DNA from: Deltaproteobacteria bacterium
Lineage (GTDB): Bacteria > JAGRBM01 > JAHCIT01
Direction: 5' to 3'
DNA length: 64,000 bases
Assembly (NCBI GenBank): GCA_026129095.1
Contig: JAHCIT010000005.1
Span: 248,001 to 312,000, forward strand
Shown here in pieces: positions 49,782-59,122 of the stretch. A model generated the notes under the pieces. It worked only from the letters and a program-made list of their open reading frames with translations. It ran no database searches and was not told where the DNA came from. The number at the start of each line of letters is the position of its first letter. The stretch's first letter is position 1. The position numbers and the translations under genes were made by a program.

Positions 49782-51613
49782 AAGCCGTCGCCGAGGATCG
49801 TCGACAACCCGCCGCAATCGCGGTAAAAAAGCCAATGGCTCGCCGTTTACTGATTGTCTTTCTGGTGATTTCACTCTGCCTTCTCGCCGCAGAAACGCTC
49901 GTGACCGATGCGGCGATGTCAGTCAGCGGTGTGAGGGGTTCCGACCGTCAGTTCTGGCTCGTCTATCTGGCGCTGATCGGCGCACCGTATCTCCTAGCGG
50001 TTGTGCTTCTGCTTTCCAGGAAGCGGGGATACGGTAATGCACTTGCTGGCGGCACTGCGGCGACGGCGATCGTCGCTCTCGGTCCTTTCTCAGTCCTGAC
50101 CGTAATTTTCGCTGGTTTTACGTTGGGGAACCGGGACCAGATCTGGACTATTTTCCTGTTGGTCCTCTTCGTGCTTGCGCAGATTCCGGTGACCGTTCTG
50201 TCCATTGTCGAATGGAGAAAACCGGCTCCGTCCGAGCGGCCGGACAAGGCGCTTCCCGTCGGTGTCCTTGGTCCTGTCCTTTATGCACTGATCCTGTTCG
50301 CTGGCGGGAAAGAGTTTATCGCCTACGGAGACCGTCGTACCCAGACGGCATTGAGTAACCAGAGCCAGACAGGAACGGTATTTTCCGCTGTCGTGGATTG
50401 TCTGAACCGGCACCGGAGCATCAATCCGCAGGCCGGTTATCCTGCAACATTGGACGAGCTAGCGGCTGGCGGCTCGCCGTGCGCGAGTCCCGACCTGTTG
50501 AAAGACAGCCCTGAAGGGTACGAGATCAGCTATTGGAGCGGTGTGAAGCCGGAGTCCGGTCCTCGGGGTGTTTTTTCGCTCTGTGCGGCGCCCAGAAAAG
50601 CCTGGAAAACCGGTTACCAGATCTACGTGGCGGACGAAATCGGTGCATTGAACGGTTTTTCGCCGCGTCCGGAGGATGCCGACCGCTGGAGCTGTACCGA
50701 TGTCTGGCGGTCCGAACCCAGAAGACTGATCAAGCACTGCGCCGTCCGGTTTGCCAGCGACCGCGGGACTTATCCGGCGTCCCTCTCCGATCTTGGACCG
50801 GCGGGCTCCGGGTGTCTGACAGTTTTGCCTGACGGCCGCGAGGCTCGTATCGAAGGAGATTGGTACTCAGGATCACGTGGTGAAGCGGTGCAGTTCGTCA
50901 CCGTCCGAAATTCTTTTGGCAATGTCAACGGTTTCGAGATTCACTGGCGCCAGTCGCTGGAGGGCCGGGACGTGTACTGGATGTCTGACGAAAGCGGGAG
51001 GGTTCATGTCTCCGCTAGCCAACGGGCGGCTCGCTCTGATCCTTCTCCGGCCGAGCTGATGAAACAGTTTGAAGCGGAAGCGCATGCCCGTGCCGGTGAA
51101 ATAGTGCGCCTCGAATCAGCTTGCGGCGGAGGGTCGCTGGCAGATTGCGACCGCCTCGCGCTGAAGACCTACGAACCGACGAGCCCGTCGAGGGCCGAAG
51201 AGTTGTGGGTGCGGGCCTGTAACGGAGGTCTGCTCAGGAGCTGCCTTTTTGTTCCTCCGGCACGGCGCGATAAGGCGATGTGGCATCTCGTCTACGACCG
51301 GCAGGAATGTGAAACACAAACCAAGGGCGAATGCCCCGAGCTTGATCGGATGGCCGAACGGGACCGGAACTGCCGCCAGGGAAACCAGATTCAGTGCCGG
51401 GAGGCCGCCTACGACTGGGAGTATCACCGCGACCGCGATCACGCGAACGACCTCTGGAAGTCGGCCTGCGAATCGGGTGACCGGGAAAGCTGCTATCTCT
51501 TTCAAGTCAGGGACATCGAATACGCCCAGGTGCTCGGATGGAAGAAAAGGTGCCGAAACAGCGAGAAGGAACCGTGCGAGTGGTTAGCCCGCCGGGTCAA
51601 AGATTTTCGTTAG
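49778..51613 (+). CDS. Multi-TM protein with two pilin-like domains and Sel1-like Cys repeats
   Basis: About five TM segments; YPATLDEL and YPASLSDL repeats each ending DExG; ACxxGxxxxC repeats. Confidence 0.6.
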   Translation: MKAVAEDRRQPAAIAVKKPMARRLLIVFLVISLCLLAAETLVTDAAMSVSGVRGSDRQFWLVYLALIGAPYLLAVVLLLSRKRGYGNALAGGTAATAIVALGPFSVLTVIFAGFTLGNRDQIWTIFLLVLFVLAQIPVTVLSIVEWRKPAPSERPDKALPVGVLGPVLYALILFAGGKEFIAYGDRRTQTALSNQSQTGTVFSAVVDCLNRHRSINPQAGYPATLDELAAGGSPCASPDLLKDSPEGYEISYWSGVKPESGPRGVFSLCAAPRKAWKTGYQIYVADEIGALNGFSPRPEDADRWSCTDVWRSEPRRLIKHCAVRFASDRGTYPASLSDLGPAGSGCLTVLPDGREARIEGDWYSGSRGEAVQFVTVRNSFGNVNGFEIHWRQSLEGRDVYWMSDESGRVHVSASQRAARSDPSPAELMKQFEAEAHARAGEIVRLESACGGGSLADCDRLALKTYEPTSPSRAEELWVRACNGGLLRSCLFVPPARRDKAMWHLVYDRQECETQTKGECPELDRMAERDRNCRQGNQIQCREAAYDWEYHRDRDHANDLWKSACESGDRESCYLFQVRDIEYAQVLGWKKRCRNSEKEPCEWLARRVKDFR

Positions 51614-51623
51614 ACGTAACTTA

Positions 51624-52070
51624 CTATGACTTGGCGGGACCTTCCGTTCCGATAATCCGGACGATAATGAGACCTTCAACTATCGATCCGATGAGCAGGA
51701 TACCAAGTTCGACTGCCGCTAGCGACAACGGTTCGCCGAGCAACGTCATGTAGATGAACCATTCCTGGAACAGCCAGTACATGGCCCAGATCATAACGCC
51801 CCATGCGATTCCTTTGGTTTTCCAATTCGAGCCGGGAACGGAATCTCTGAGGATTCCGAACATCACTCCATGAATTGCCGACAGGACCACCAGTCCGGCG
51901 ACAGATACCGGAATGTTCCGGAGCGGCGTGACCTCCCGGAATAGCCTGCTCTGTCGTGCCGGGTCGTAGAGCAGATCCCGGACCCAACTGATCGAATAGA
52001 TGCCTCCAAGAAGGCCGTTGCCGAAAAAACCGCCGGTTATCCCGGCTATTACCGAGCGTAGATGTTTCAT
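51624..52070 (-). CDS. Hypothetical membrane protein
   Basis: Four hydrophobic segments; last gene of a coupled three-gene run. Confidence 0.7.
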   Translation of the reverse strand: MKHLRSVIAGITGGFFGNGLLGGIYSISWVRDLLYDPARQSRLFREVTPLRNIPVSVAGLVVLSAIHGVMFGILRDSVPGSNWKTKGIAWGVMIWAMYWLFQEWFIYMTLLGEPLSLAAVELGILLIGSIVEGLIIVRIIGTEGPAKS

Positions 52071-52798
52071 GAAATCTCCTTTGACGGGAATCCATTCACC
52101 CGTATGTCTGCAAGCCTGATCCAGACCAGTAACGGTCCGGGTAATGTTGAAAATGCGCCAATCCTGGGTACTACCTTCCGGTTCGTATAAATCCGGAGGC
52201 CCCCCGCTCGTTGATGTTCAAGACAGAAATTCGCCGCAGCGGCCCAGCGTCCTATCACGTCCGCCGTATAGTCATGGCGGAGCAGCAGTCCCTCGGGGCT
52301 GAATTGAAATGACTGGTTTCGGCAGTGCGTCGGGAAATTATCGGGAAAGACCGCGTCCAGAATAATGTCGCCAGCATTCGACCGCCGGTCACGGATCACC
52401 ATGCCCGGCTCGGTCAGAAGCCAGGGGAATGACAGATAATTCCATAGTGCGTAGCCGCAGAAATAGAGGAGATCTGCCGCATCCCATCTGAAGTTCCGGC
52501 TGAAATGTTCGAATGAGCTTCGGGGCGACTCACGTTCCAGCACAACATCGGATTCTGAGCGGATCGACACGACGTCCGGAGTCCAGATTCCTGAATATCC
52601 CTGTGCCGGATAGTTGTCGATCCGGACGACCCGCCGGCGGGGTTCCACATGGATAGGCTTGCCTATCAGCTTTCCGCCCTGGAACCGGGAACGGAAGGCG
52701 AGCCCGTCAGTCGAAAGAATGGCCTCGATCGTTTCGCATGACGCCCACCGTTCCATTCCGCCATGAGCTGCCACGACCTCGCGCAACGATGGGTTCAT
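52067..52798 (-). CDS. Hypothetical protein
   Basis: AHGGMERW, YALWNYLSFPW, RHDY motifs; start/stop overlaps on both sides. Confidence 0.7.
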   Translation of the reverse strand: MNPSLREVVAAHGGMERWASCETIEAILSTDGLAFRSRFQGGKLIGKPIHVEPRRRVVRIDNYPAQGYSGIWTPDVVSIRSESDVVLERESPRSSFEHFSRNFRWDAADLLYFCGYALWNYLSFPWLLTEPGMVIRDRRSNAGDIILDAVFPDNFPTHCRNQSFQFSPEGLLLRHDYTADVIGRWAAAANFCLEHQRAGGLRIYTNRKVVPRIGAFSTLPGPLLVWIRLADIRVNGFPSKEIS

Positions 52799-53592
52799 GG
52801 GTATCCGATATCTACCACTCGGCCGGTGAAAGCAGAGGCAGCTTCGGTTGCGAGAAAAGCGATGGCCTGACCTGCGTTTTCGAGTGTCAACGGGCGTCCC
52901 GAGACCTGGAGCTTCCGGATCCGCTCGGCGTATTCAGCGACCGGTATTCCCGCCGTGACGGCATTGGCCGCCATGGTGAGCTGAATCGTCCGGGTTTCGC
53001 CGATCGAGTCCAGACGGGCACAAACCACCCGAATGCCGCGCGGGGCATATTCGGCCGTCAATACTCGTGCCAGACCTTCGACTGCGTCGCTGGCTGCTGT
53101 GATTCCGGCCATATGCGGGATGGAATGGCGCGATAGAGAGGATGTGATCAGAATGATGACGCCGCCATCTGTCGTCATCCGCCGGGCTACGAGACTTGAG
53201 GTCAGAAACTGCGACCCGGCGATTGCTCTCAGGGTTCCGGTGAATTGGTCGAATTTCAGCTCCGTCGAGGGAAGCCCGTATCCGGCATCCACCGGGGAAA
53301 GCCCAATGCCGTTAAAGGTAATATCAAAACGCGGGATGAGCCGCTCGATCTTTCGCAGGTATCCTTCAACGGAAGCCGTGTCAGCCGCATCTACGATATC
53401 TGCCGCTACAGTCCGGCCGAGAGCCTTTTCCAGCCGTTTTGCCGCTAGCTCAAGTCGCCCCTCATTCCTCGCTGAAAGGAATAGCCGCGCACCCAGTCTT
53501 CCGAGCGAAGCGGCAACTGCTTGCGAAATCTCTCCGGTTGCAGCAAAGATGACTGCGTTCCGTCCAGCGAGTGGTAAACTTGTCTGACTCAT
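52795..53592 (-). CDS. Atypical short-chain dehydrogenase/reductase
   Basis: Degenerate Rossmann motif AATGEIS, EYAPRGIRV, AFLA...FTG; lacks canonical YxxxK. Confidence 0.8.
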   Translation of the reverse strand: MSQTSLPLAGRNAVIFAATGEISQAVAASLGRLGARLFLSARNEGRLELAAKRLEKALGRTVAADIVDAADTASVEGYLRKIERLIPRFDITFNGIGLSPVDAGYGLPSTELKFDQFTGTLRAIAGSQFLTSSLVARRMTTDGGVIILITSSLSRHSIPHMAGITAASDAVEGLARVLTAEYAPRGIRVVCARLDSIGETRTIQLTMAANAVTAGIPVAEYAERIRKLQVSGRPLTLENAGQAIAFLATEAASAFTGRVVDIGYP

Positions 53593-53653
53593 CGAACCGC
53601 CTGACTGCGTAGTGGCGCTATCACATATAAGACGTTCGAGGAGCCCGAAACGG

Positions 53654-54379
53654 ATGGAAGAAAATAGCGGTCAGATATACGAACGGCTCCGTCCGGAGCT
53701 TACGGCCTATTTATGCCGGCTGGTTATCCGACCGGCCGTCGCCGAAGAAATAACCCAGGCGGCATTTGTCCGGTTTCTGGAGAGCCGTGAGGATCCCGCA
53801 TGGCAGCCAGAATCGGCAAAAGCCTGGCTCTTCCGGGTTGCCACAAACCTCGCCATCGACGAGCGGCGCAAGCATTCGAACTGGCGTGAGAATGCTCTAA
53901 CTGAACTGAAGATCGCTGCCGAAGCCGACGCAGGCTTTGTCGCAAGCTCGCAGGAACTGGCGTCTACCCCTGAAACTGGCACCATAGCTCGCGAGCACTT
54001 GATTGCCTGCTTTGCCTGCGTGCTCCGGAATCTTCCGGAACAGAAGGCGGCGGCACTGCTGCTCAAGGAGGTTCACGGTTTTTCGCTAGCCGAATCGGCC
54101 TCAGTCCTTGAAGCCACGGAGAATCAGGTGAAGAACTGGCTTCAGGAAGCACGCAGCTACATGGACTCGAAATACCGAACCACCTGTGCGCTGATCACGA
54201 AGGAAGGCGTTTGCCATCAGTGTGTCGAACTGGACGGTTTTTTCCGTGCCGACCGGGGCCGGCCCATCGAAGGCGGCGTAGATCACCTGGCGGAACGGAT
54301 TGAACTGCTTAAGACCGGCCGGTCGAAGCCGTGGGGGAGATGGCACAGGATGATGTTCGGTTTGCTCGACAGGCTCTGA
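53654..54379 (+). CDS. ECF sigma-70 factor with Cys-rich C-terminal extension
   Basis: AEEITQ, AWLFRVATNLAID, region 4 LLKEVHGFS...VKNWLQEAR, CALI...GVCHQC. Confidence 0.88.
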   Translation: MEENSGQIYERLRPELTAYLCRLVIRPAVAEEITQAAFVRFLESREDPAWQPESAKAWLFRVATNLAIDERRKHSNWRENALTELKIAAEADAGFVASSQELASTPETGTIAREHLIACFACVLRNLPEQKAAALLLKEVHGFSLAESASVLEATENQVKNWLQEARSYMDSKYRTTCALITKEGVCHQCVELDGFFRADRGRPIEGGVDHLAERIELLKTGRSKPWGRWHRMMFGLLDRL

Positions 54380-54394
54380 ACCATAAGAAGCGCA

Positions 54395-54988
54395 ATGAAA
54401 GTCACCACAGACAGCTCCGGTAGGCTCTTGCTCGAAGAAGGTCTGCCGGCGCTTCGCTGGTCCCTTGTTGCGGGTGCCGTAGGCCTGTCGGTCCATTGGG
54501 GGGGAGCGCTCAGCACCGGGACGGCAACGACACTAAACCTTCTCCTTGAAGGAGTTGCCGTCGGTTTTGTTCTTCTGTGCGGTCTTTTGGTTCAGGACTC
54601 TAGGTTTCAATTTGACCCGGTCCGGAAGGTCCTGAGCTGGGAGTCTCGACGTCTGATCGGAACGAAACAGGGACGGATGCCGTTCGATGGCATCCGGCAC
54701 GTTGCTGTCTTGAAGCTGAGTCAGCGCGAGGGAAGTGCCGTCTCCACTTACTATCAGGTCGTTCTGGTCACCGACGCATTGCAACTCCGGCTCGGCAGCC
54801 GGGACCTGGACGAAACGGAAGCACTTTTGCTCGCCGGATCGGTGCATAAAGTTCTCGGCATTGATGAACCGCCCCGCATCGCTGCGCCGGCAGAGGTGGT
54901 AGAGGCCGGCGTGAAGATCGACGCGATCAAAGCCCGGCGGACCGAGACGGGGGAAACATTGGAAGAGGCGAGCAAAGATCTGCAATGA
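54395..54988 (+). CDS. Hypothetical membrane protein with a C-terminal L7/L12-like helical motif
   Basis: Two TM segments; KIDAIKARRTETGETLEEA. Confidence 0.6.
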   Translation: MKVTTDSSGRLLLEEGLPALRWSLVAGAVGLSVHWGGALSTGTATTLNLLLEGVAVGFVLLCGLLVQDSRFQFDPVRKVLSWESRRLIGTKQGRMPFDGIRHVAVLKLSQREGSAVSTYYQVVLVTDALQLRLGSRDLDETEALLLAGSVHKVLGIDEPPRIAAPAEVVEAGVKIDAIKARRTETGETLEEASKDLQ

Positions 54989-55148
54989 TGGCTGTTATTC
55001 ATGATCGTCACGGACGACCAGCGCAAGCCGGACCTGTCCAACCCCGTGACAAACTGACTTTTGCTAAATAGTATTTCAAAAGGTAGGAATGGCAGCGTAG
55101 CGATTACGAGTGATCCTAGGGGCGGTCGGCAATGCAGCCTGCTAATTG

Positions 55149-56420
55149 ATGGTCAAGATGAAGCCACGAGCAGCAGATTTCTACCGAATTAATCCGCCCG
55201 GCGTTTGTTCTCGCCGAAATAGATTAACTGCCGTCGATCTTTTTGCAGGCGCAGGCGGCATCTCGCTTGGGTTGATGAATTCTGGGTTCGATGTGCTTTT
55301 CGCGTCTGATATTTCCGGTCCGTGTATGGCGACGCATACGCTAAATCTTCCGAATATTAAATTCCAGCAAACCGATATCAGGTCTCTATCAGGCGCGAAA
55401 ATATTGCGTCAGACTGGTTTAGGTCGGGGCGAGCTGGACCTATTGATTGGTGGGCCACCGTGCCAAGGTTTTAGTATCCTCGGACAACGTGTCCTTGAAG
55501 ATCCTCGTAACCGCCTGTTTCAAGAGTTTGTTCGCATTGTTGGCGAACTGAAGCCCCGCGTCGCCGTGATCGAAAATGTCCCGGGCCTCGCTACCCTGAG
55601 CAAAGGTGTGCTTTTGAGTAGAATCGGGGCAGCCTTCGGAAGATTGGGTTATCGTGTGGAATGCGCGGAGCTTTTAGCTGCCCAATATGGTGTTCCCCAG
55701 ATGCGTTGGAGAATGTTTTTCGTCGCATGGCGGTCAGATTTCGGCCCGCGAACTGCGGGTTTCCCCGTCCCAACTCATGGGCGATTGGGAATTGGTGATC
55801 TAGTCCCAAATCGAAAGATTACAGACGTCCAATCCAAAGGCTTCCTGTCAATTTGGGATGCAATTAGTGATCTTCCGCCAATTGAGAGCGGCGAAGTCGG
55901 AACGATATATACGAATAAACCCAAATCGCCGTATCAAGTAGCCATGCGAGCAAACTGCAAACGCGCCGAATTGCACAATCACTATGCTCCAAAATTGTCA
56001 CCCATAAATCTCCAGAGAATTCAGACGCTCCAACCCGGCCAAGACTGGCGAGACTTACCACGAGAATTACTCCCTCCGGGGATGCAGCGCGCGCTACGAA
56101 AGGACCACACTCGTCGTTTTAGACGGATGAAGTGGGATGGCATTGCGCGCGCCATCATCACTAGATTTCGCGATCCCAAATCGGGGGAGTACATCCACCC
56201 CGACCAAACCCGCACGATAAGCATTCGGGAGGCTGCTCGTATTCAATCGTTTCCAGATTGGTTCGTGTTTGAAGGGAACTATACCGATCAGTACGATCAG
56301 ATCGGGAATGCCGTTCCGCCACTATTGGCACGCGCTGTAGGAACTGAAATCCAACAGGCTCTTGCAGCAGCGAGTGTTGAGCGTATAGTGCCAAAATCAC
56401 GATATAAAATTCCTGCGTGA
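55149..56420 (+). CDS. dcm: DNA (cytosine-5) methyltransferase
   Basis: DLFAGAGG, GGPPCQGFS, ENVPG, YGVPQMRWR, REAARIQSFPD, QIGNAVPP. Confidence 0.96.
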   Translation: MVKMKPRAADFYRINPPGVCSRRNRLTAVDLFAGAGGISLGLMNSGFDVLFASDISGPCMATHTLNLPNIKFQQTDIRSLSGAKILRQTGLGRGELDLLIGGPPCQGFSILGQRVLEDPRNRLFQEFVRIVGELKPRVAVIENVPGLATLSKGVLLSRIGAAFGRLGYRVECAELLAAQYGVPQMRWRMFFVAWRSDFGPRTAGFPVPTHGRLGIGDLVPNRKITDVQSKGFLSIWDAISDLPPIESGEVGTIYTNKPKSPYQVAMRANCKRAELHNHYAPKLSPINLQRIQTLQPGQDWRDLPRELLPPGMQRALRKDHTRRFRRMKWDGIARAIITRFRDPKSGEYIHPDQTRTISIREAARIQSFPDWFVFEGNYTDQYDQIGNAVPPLLARAVGTEIQQALAAASVERIVPKSRYKIPA

Positions 56421-57538
56421 TGAAGAAACCAAGCAAAGCCGCTCGTGGAAATTATGTTAGCGAATGGTTCGGCCATCGCGTATTTCCGAATGTCGTAGCC
56501 GGGAAAAAGAGTTTGAAAGAGCAGCAAGCAGAGTCGTGCCCCTTCTTAACCGCTGCAATTGGTGAGGTCAGAACATGTATCAAAAGTAGTGCTGCGCGAG
56601 GTGTGTGCACGATCAACACTGCTACTAGTGGTACCAGAATGGATTGGCTGGTCTGCCCATACCGAGCTCTTGATCCGTCACTTCTTGAAAGTGCGGTCAG
56701 ACGGCTATTCGGATTTCGCGAAAGCCAAGCTGTATATATCATTCCTGCCATTCGGTTAGAGGCAGAGAAAATCAGAGAAGAGATAGGCCAAAGGCTCCGA
56801 TCAGGAGATCGGGTATTTATTTATTTTGACGAAAAACTAGGCGGCGAACTAAGTATACCCGCAACTGCGAAGTCGCCAGAGTTTTCCTTCGACGTCACAA
56901 TAATCGAAATCGAATTATCAGATGGTCGGCCGCATGTTGGCCGTTTTGGCGTTATTGAAATTCAGACCATGGATTTCCACGGCTCATATAGAAAGGCCGT
57001 TGCTAATCTCAAGGACGCTCTTCGGCTGCACCCAAAAGATTTTGCTACATCATTACAGACCAATCAAAACTGGTTGAGTGAGGATATTGAAGGTCCAAAT
57101 ATAGCCAATGTGTTTAAACGAACATTCTATCAAATGATGTTTAAGTTTCAGCTCGGTCAAAATCCACGTTGTGCAGGATGTGTCCTTGCCGTTCCACTGT
57201 CGGTTTGGGAAAGTTGGCAGCGTCACTTGGGACAACCAGAGCTGAGATCAGAGCCAGATGGGACATTCAGTCTGTTCCCAAGTGGTGGTGCCCGACCCCC
57301 CATTGTACCGGCTTGGATATACGTATTTGATATAAGTTCTATGAGTCGAACATCGCCCAGCCCACTAGTAATTTCAAAGATTATTGCTACCGATGCGACA
57401 TCTATTTCTCACTATGCACTTCAGGTCGCACCCGCAGCAGCATTAGAAAATATAGCATCTGCAACGGGTATGTTGACGCTTTTGGCACGCCGTATAAGCA
57501 GGCTTTGGCCGGAGTTAGGTACAACGTTAACGGTGTGA
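56417..57538 (+). CDS. NotI-family type II restriction endonuclease
   Basis: EWFG, four Cys (CPF, C-IK, GVC, VCPYR), FD...IEIQ catalytic motif; coupled to the methyltransferase. Confidence 0.8.
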   Translation: MMKKPSKAARGNYVSEWFGHRVFPNVVAGKKSLKEQQAESCPFLTAAIGEVRTCIKSSAARGVCTINTATSGTRMDWLVCPYRALDPSLLESAVRRLFGFRESQAVYIIPAIRLEAEKIREEIGQRLRSGDRVFIYFDEKLGGELSIPATAKSPEFSFDVTIIEIELSDGRPHVGRFGVIEIQTMDFHGSYRKAVANLKDALRLHPKDFATSLQTNQNWLSEDIEGPNIANVFKRTFYQMMFKFQLGQNPRCAGCVLAVPLSVWESWQRHLGQPELRSEPDGTFSLFPSGGARPPIVPAWIYVFDISSMSRTSPSPLVISKIIATDATSISHYALQVAPAAALENIASATGMLTLLARRISRLWPELGTTLTV

Positions 57539-57795
57539 GGATTCCTTCCGTAGCGAATTATTGCGGGGGGGGATGATGATTGACACGTCCAGCAGGACGG
57601 ACCAATCGTACCAGATACGAGGATGAATCCATGATGGCCCGGGAACCCCAAAGGCATCTGGTTTGAGACTAGCCTTGGAGTGCACGGAATTGTCACGCGG
57701 TGTGCCATCTGGCGAAAACAGGATAATGCATTTGGGGTGTTGTAAAAATCGTATGGATATTTAAAATACGAATGATAGGTGCCATACTTTCCCTA

Positions 57796-58063
57796 ATGGC
57801 GGGGAAGCTCGTGACACTTGTGGTCACCTTCGACCTGGATGAAGACGATGATTACGACGATGCGTACAAGGTCTTAGCTAACTTCAATCTTGAGCCCGTA
57901 ACCACGAAAAAAATTGCCATTGCCGAGCACTACAGTGATGGGGAAGGTAACTATTGAAAATGCTGCTGCGGCTCGCGACGCAATTTTGGAGGTATTGAGG
58001 GCTGCCGGTTTGACCGTTAAACAAATCCTGGTTGTTGACGCAAACAAATGGGCCTCTAAATGA
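57796..58063 (+). pseudogene. Small ferredoxin-fold (Cas2/GhoS-like) gene split by a frameshift at an A7 run
   Basis: LVVTFDLDEDDDYDDAYKVL...TTKK continues in the +1 frame as LPLPSTTVMG...ARDAILEVL...ILVVDANKWASK*. Confidence 0.5.
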
Positions 58064-58140
58064 ACCTGATCTCGGGCTGCTGACTGTGCTAAAACCGGTG
58101 CACACGCACGGCTGCTTTACATCAAGAGACACGCGGCGCC

Positions 58141-58163
58141 CTTCCAGACGATCGCGCTGGAAG
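58141..58163. terminator. Possible hairpin between convergent genes
   Basis: cttccag-N9-ctggaag inverted repeat; no clear U-tract. Confidence 0.3.
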
Positions 58164-58177
58164 ACCTATGACAGAGC

Positions 58178-58816
58178 CTAATGCAAAAATTCATTAAATT
58201 TGAAGATGAAATTTCCGACCGATGCGACTTTGCTTAAGGGTTCGAGCAGTCTTGAAATAATACCGGCGTCGGGCTTCGTCTTAGAGAACTGCCGTTCAAT
58301 TTCATCCAAGTCGCCCAAATGCTCACGTCTCTCAACGTCGGTCAGATTTGCGTCACTGCTTAGAGCGTTCTTTGCGGCCCTAATTAGGGTGGCCAAAGTT
58401 TCTGAATCGACTGGACTGGGAAGGGTTTGGCTAATTGAGCTGTGCTTTCCCGTGAAAGCTATCTGGTTACTATTTCCATGCACGTTTACGACATTTACTT
58501 CGTGCTGGACATTATTGCCATCGTCGCTGCCGTCACGGTTTGATTCGACAAACATTCGTCCCTTCCCGGTCAGTTCCGCGTGAACCATTCCCTTGGGAAG
58601 AAATAGGCATTTGGCTATGCCTTGATCTTGCAGAGCATGCCCAGCGTCGATGAACCATCCGGAATCTGGCACGTCTATATCGAGAGCTCCCGCAATTTCC
58701 GGAAGCGGATAGTAGTGTGAACCCTTCTCTTGATCGAGGAGATAAAGCTGCTCAACAAGTTGGTTGAAGAATTCTGTGAAGGTAACCCGTGCCATAGAAG
58801 TTTTTTCCTGCGTCAT
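58178..58816 (-). CDS. Hypothetical protein (possible N-terminal winged helix, low-complexity linker, helical C-terminus)
   Basis: 212 aa ORF; LTGKG wing-like motif; divergent from the MBL gene. Confidence 0.6.
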   Translation of the reverse strand: MTQEKTSMARVTFTEFFNQLVEQLYLLDQEKGSHYYPLPEIAGALDIDVPDSGWFIDAGHALQDQGIAKCLFLPKGMVHAELTGKGRMFVESNRDGSDDGNNVQHEVNVVNVHGNSNQIAFTGKHSSISQTLPSPVDSETLATLIRAAKNALSSDANLTDVERREHLGDLDEIERQFSKTKPDAGIISRLLEPLSKVASVGNFIFKFNEFLH

Positions 58817-59122
58817 ACACCTGAAATCCAGTTATTCGAGTTTCGAAGCTGAACTGTCCCAGATTACAAGATTGCTGATGGAGCCTCTATATTTCCCCAT
58901 AATATCACATGGTTATATTTTTTATTTTTCGTACCCTTGACGTTTTTTGAGCGATAGCCATTTTAAGCAATGAGGGCTTTGGGGCTAAATCATTTGGTTT
59001 GGCCGACGTTGTGTTTTGGGAAGGCGTGAGCCTCAAAGACTTCATTCTTCGATCTCTTTTCGGCAACTCCTTTCCAGAATGGCACGATGTTGAATGCTGA
59101 AGTGGCATTTAAGGGAGTTACC

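Noticed and set aside
46700-55000. Integron cassette array
   Set aside because: Genes alternate in orientation, no paired RYYYAAC/GTTRRRY attC structures were found, and there is no integrase.
54992-55045. Sulfatase-like peptide LFMIVTDDQR at the island edge
   Set aside because: Too short to distinguish from chance.
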